This document shows positions 30,945 to 32,539 of a stretch of 32,539 bases of DNA, piece by piece. The stretch comes from an uncultured Anaerolineaceae bacterium. Lineage in GTDB: Bacteria; Chloroflexota; Limnocylindria; Limnocylindrales; CSP1-4. How positions within the stretch are numbered: position 1 is the stretch's first letter; each line of letters starts with the position of its first letter. Location: NCBI GenBank assembly GCA_964556585.1, contig CAZKXK010000002.1, positions 1 through 32,539 on the forward strand, read 5' to 3'. Under the pieces are notes generated by a model. It was not told the origin of the DNA. It ran no database searches and saw only the letters and a list, made by a program, of their open reading frames with translations. The position numbers were made by a program, and so were the translations under genes.

Positions 30945-32539
30945 ATGGACCGCCGGGCCGCGCTCGTCCTGCTCGCCGTGCTGGCCGCTGGCGTCTTCCT
31001 GGCTGGCCTCGAGCTGATGATCACGGCCGTGGCGTTGCCGGCCATTGTCGCAAACCTGGGCTCGTGGACCGACCTCCGCCACGCCAGCTGGATCATCAAC
31101 GCGTACCTCCTGGTCTACGTGGGCACGATGCCGCTCGCCGGTCGGCTGGCCGACCTGTGGGGCGCCCGGCGCCTGTTCCTCGGCGCGCTCGTCTTCTTCA
31201 CGCTGGGATCGCTGCTCGCCGGCAGCGCCGGGACGCTCGATGGGCTGATCGTCGGGCGCATCGTGCAGGCACTCGGCGGCGGCGCGCTCGTGCCGGTCGC
31301 CACGGCCGCGGCCTCGCACCTGTACGAGGGACACGCCCGGCCCCGAGCGCTGGGGATCATCGGGGCGCTCACCTTCCTGGGCATGGCGGCGGGTCCCTTC
31401 CTGGGCGCCGCAATCCTCGGGGCCTTCCGACCGCAGGAGGCGCTGGCCCGCTTCGGGATCCTCGGGGGACCGCTCCCCGGGCTTGTCGCTCCTGCCTGGC
31501 GGTGGGTCTTCTACGTCAACGTCCCCATCGGGATCGCTGCGCTCGCGCTCGGGTGGGCGGCCACGGCGGGCTGGGACACCCCCCGGACGCGGGCTCGCCT
31601 CGACCTGGCCGGGGCGGTCCTCTTCACGATCGCGGCCGGGGCGATCCTGCTGGGCGTCACGCTGCTCGGCGAGACGGGCGGCGCCGGCGAGACGCTCGGG
31701 GTCGACCCGATCCTGCTGTCGGTCGGGCTGCTGGCGCTCGGCATCGCCGCGGGGGTCGCTGCCGTGGTCAGCGGGCTCCGACGGCCGGACCCGTTCCTCG
31801 ACCCGCGGCTCTTCACGAACCGCGTGTTCAGCTCGGCCGCCCTGATCTCGCTCCTGACCGGATATGGCTTCGCGACGGCGATCGTGGGCGCGGCCGTGTT
31901 CGTCGACCGAGTCCTGTACGGCGGTCCGGACCAGCAGCGCGTGGCGCTTGGGGCGCTGGCCTTCGCGACTGCCGTCGGCGCCCTCGCGTCGGGCTGGCTG
32001 GTCCGCCGGGTCTCGCTGCGCGCGGTGACCCTGGTCGGACTCGTCGCGTCGATCGCGGGCCTGGCGTGGATGGGAACCTGGACGGCGGACATCGACCTGG
32101 GGGCCGTCGCGGCCGGGGGTGGCCTCTTCGGCCTGGGCTTCGGCCTGACGGTCACGCCGCGCTCGACGGCGGCGGTGGAAGCGGTTGGACGGCGCCGGTT
32201 CGGGGCGGCGAGCGCAACCGTCACGGTCGCGCGGATGATCGTGATGGCGGTCGGGCTGGCCGTCCTGACGGCCTACGGCTCCACCGCGATCAGCCGGTTC
32301 TCGGCCGACGTCTACGCGTCGCCCGACGCGTACAAGGCAATCGTCCCGGCGGCGCTGGCGACTCGCTCGCTCCACGACCCGCTCGTCGTGAATGCCCTGG
32401 AGGCGTGGGCGGCCCGCAAGGCGTCCGAGACGATGGTGGTGCTGTTCCTGGTCGCGGCCGGGGTGACGGCCGTGGCGGTGCCGCCGGCGATCGTGCTCGG
32501 CGAGCGGCCGCGTATGCTCTCCGCCGAGGCGGGCGCATC
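30945..32539 (+). CDS. MFS transporter, DHA2 (EmrB/QacA-like) drug:H+ antiporter family; 3' end lies outside the window
   Basis: It is missing from the supplied track because there is no stop in the window. My manual translation from ATG 30945 gives 531 stop-free codons to the window edge. The product starts 'MDRRAALVLLAVLAAGVFLAGLELMITAVALPAI' and has motif A-like 'GRLADLWGARR' and motif C-like 'GMAAGPFLGAAILG'. It is hydrophobic throughout and GC3 is saturated. Confidence 0.75.
   Translation, partial: MDRRAALVLLAVLAAGVFLAGLELMITAVALPAIVANLGSWTDLRHASWIINAYLLVYVGTMPLAGRLADLWGARRLFLGALVFFTLGSLLAGSAGTLDGLIVGRIVQALGGGALVPVATAAASHLYEGHARPRALGIIGALTFLGMAAGPFLGAAILGAFRPQEALARFGILGGPLPGLVAPAWRWVFYVNVPIGIAALALGWAATAGWDTPRTRARLDLAGAVLFTIAAGAILLGVTLLGETGGAGETLGVDPILLSVGLLALGIAAGVAAVVSGLRRPDPFLDPRLFTNRVFSSAALISLLTGYGFATAIVGAAVFVDRVLYGGPDQQRVALGALAFATAVGALASGWLVRRVSLRAVTLVGLVASIAGLAWMGTWTADIDLGAVAAGGGLFGLGFGLTVTPRSTAAVEAVGRRRFGAASATVTVARMIVMAVGLAVLTAYGSTAISRFSADVYASPDAYKAIVPAALATRSLHDPLVVNALEAWAARKASETMVVLFLVAAGVTAVAVPPAIVLGERPRMLSAEAGA

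Noticed and set aside
30486-32375. 629-aa minus-strand ORF.
   Set aside because: It is antisense to the open-ended MFS transporter gene. The product is an R/D/E/P/G-rich string without hydrophobic core or motifs.
1-32539. Genomic island, mobile element, or a defence or toxin-antitoxin system.
   Set aside because: I recognised no integrase, transposase, recombinase, tRNA attachment site, flanking direct repeats, nuclease/helicase/ATPase defence-type genes or small TA-like pairs. Composition looks uniform apart from short AT-richer promoter gaps.

Overview
Very high-GC DNA, by eye about 70% G+C, with third codon positions nearly saturated with G/C. GTG/TTG starts and 4-nt ATGA/GTGA stop-start overlaps are frequent. 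The gene content (PMT-type mannosyltransferase, Ino1, PIP synthase, PimA, PatA-like acyltransferases, actinobacterial-type transaldolase) points to an actinobacterium or a very similar high-GC lineage. I recognise 28 protein-coding genes. I found no rRNA, tRNA, CRISPR array, transposase, integrase or phage gene. Layout: (1) 1-1413 is the 3' part of a PMT/GT39-like glycosyltransferase. (2) 1424-7985, minus strand, is an ArsR-led, translationally coupled phosphatidylinositol/PIM lipid operon: arsR, pgsA1, ino1, two acyltransferases, a PHP phosphoesterase, pimA. (3) 8168-17045, plus strand, is a DeoR-headed L-rhamnose module: ABC ATPase, two permeases, a lipoprotein binding protein, rhaM, rhaB, rhaI. 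(4) 17059-24384, minus strand, is a convergent gene string: an unknown HxH/PHP-like protein, bifunctional rhaEW, an atypically long 573-aa MDR dehydrogenase, a sorbitol-dehydrogenase-like Zn-ADH and a transaldolase. (5) 24531-25355 is a canonical monofunctional rhaD, divergent from (4). (6) 25382-29914, minus strand, holds a DeoR regulator, an alpha/beta-fused TPP-dependent E1 and a lipoyl E2, with no E3. (7) A CYTH protein is coupled to a small charged protein. (8) A DHA2-type MFS transporter ORF runs off the right edge and is therefore absent from the supplied ORF track. Overall this is envelope-lipid and carbohydrate metabolism. I see no defence, toxin or mobile system. The most novel-looking items are all hypotheses that need searches or experiments. 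They are the unassigned genes wrapped around rhaEW (PHP-like protein, double-Rossmann MDR, Tal) together with a redundant rhaD, the sugar-regulator-linked fused E1/E2 pair, and the PHP phosphoesterase plus duplicated acyltransferase inside the PI/PIM operon as candidates for unassigned lipid steps. The many long Arg/Pro/Gly-rich ORFs in the track are antisense or off-frame artefacts of the GC content.
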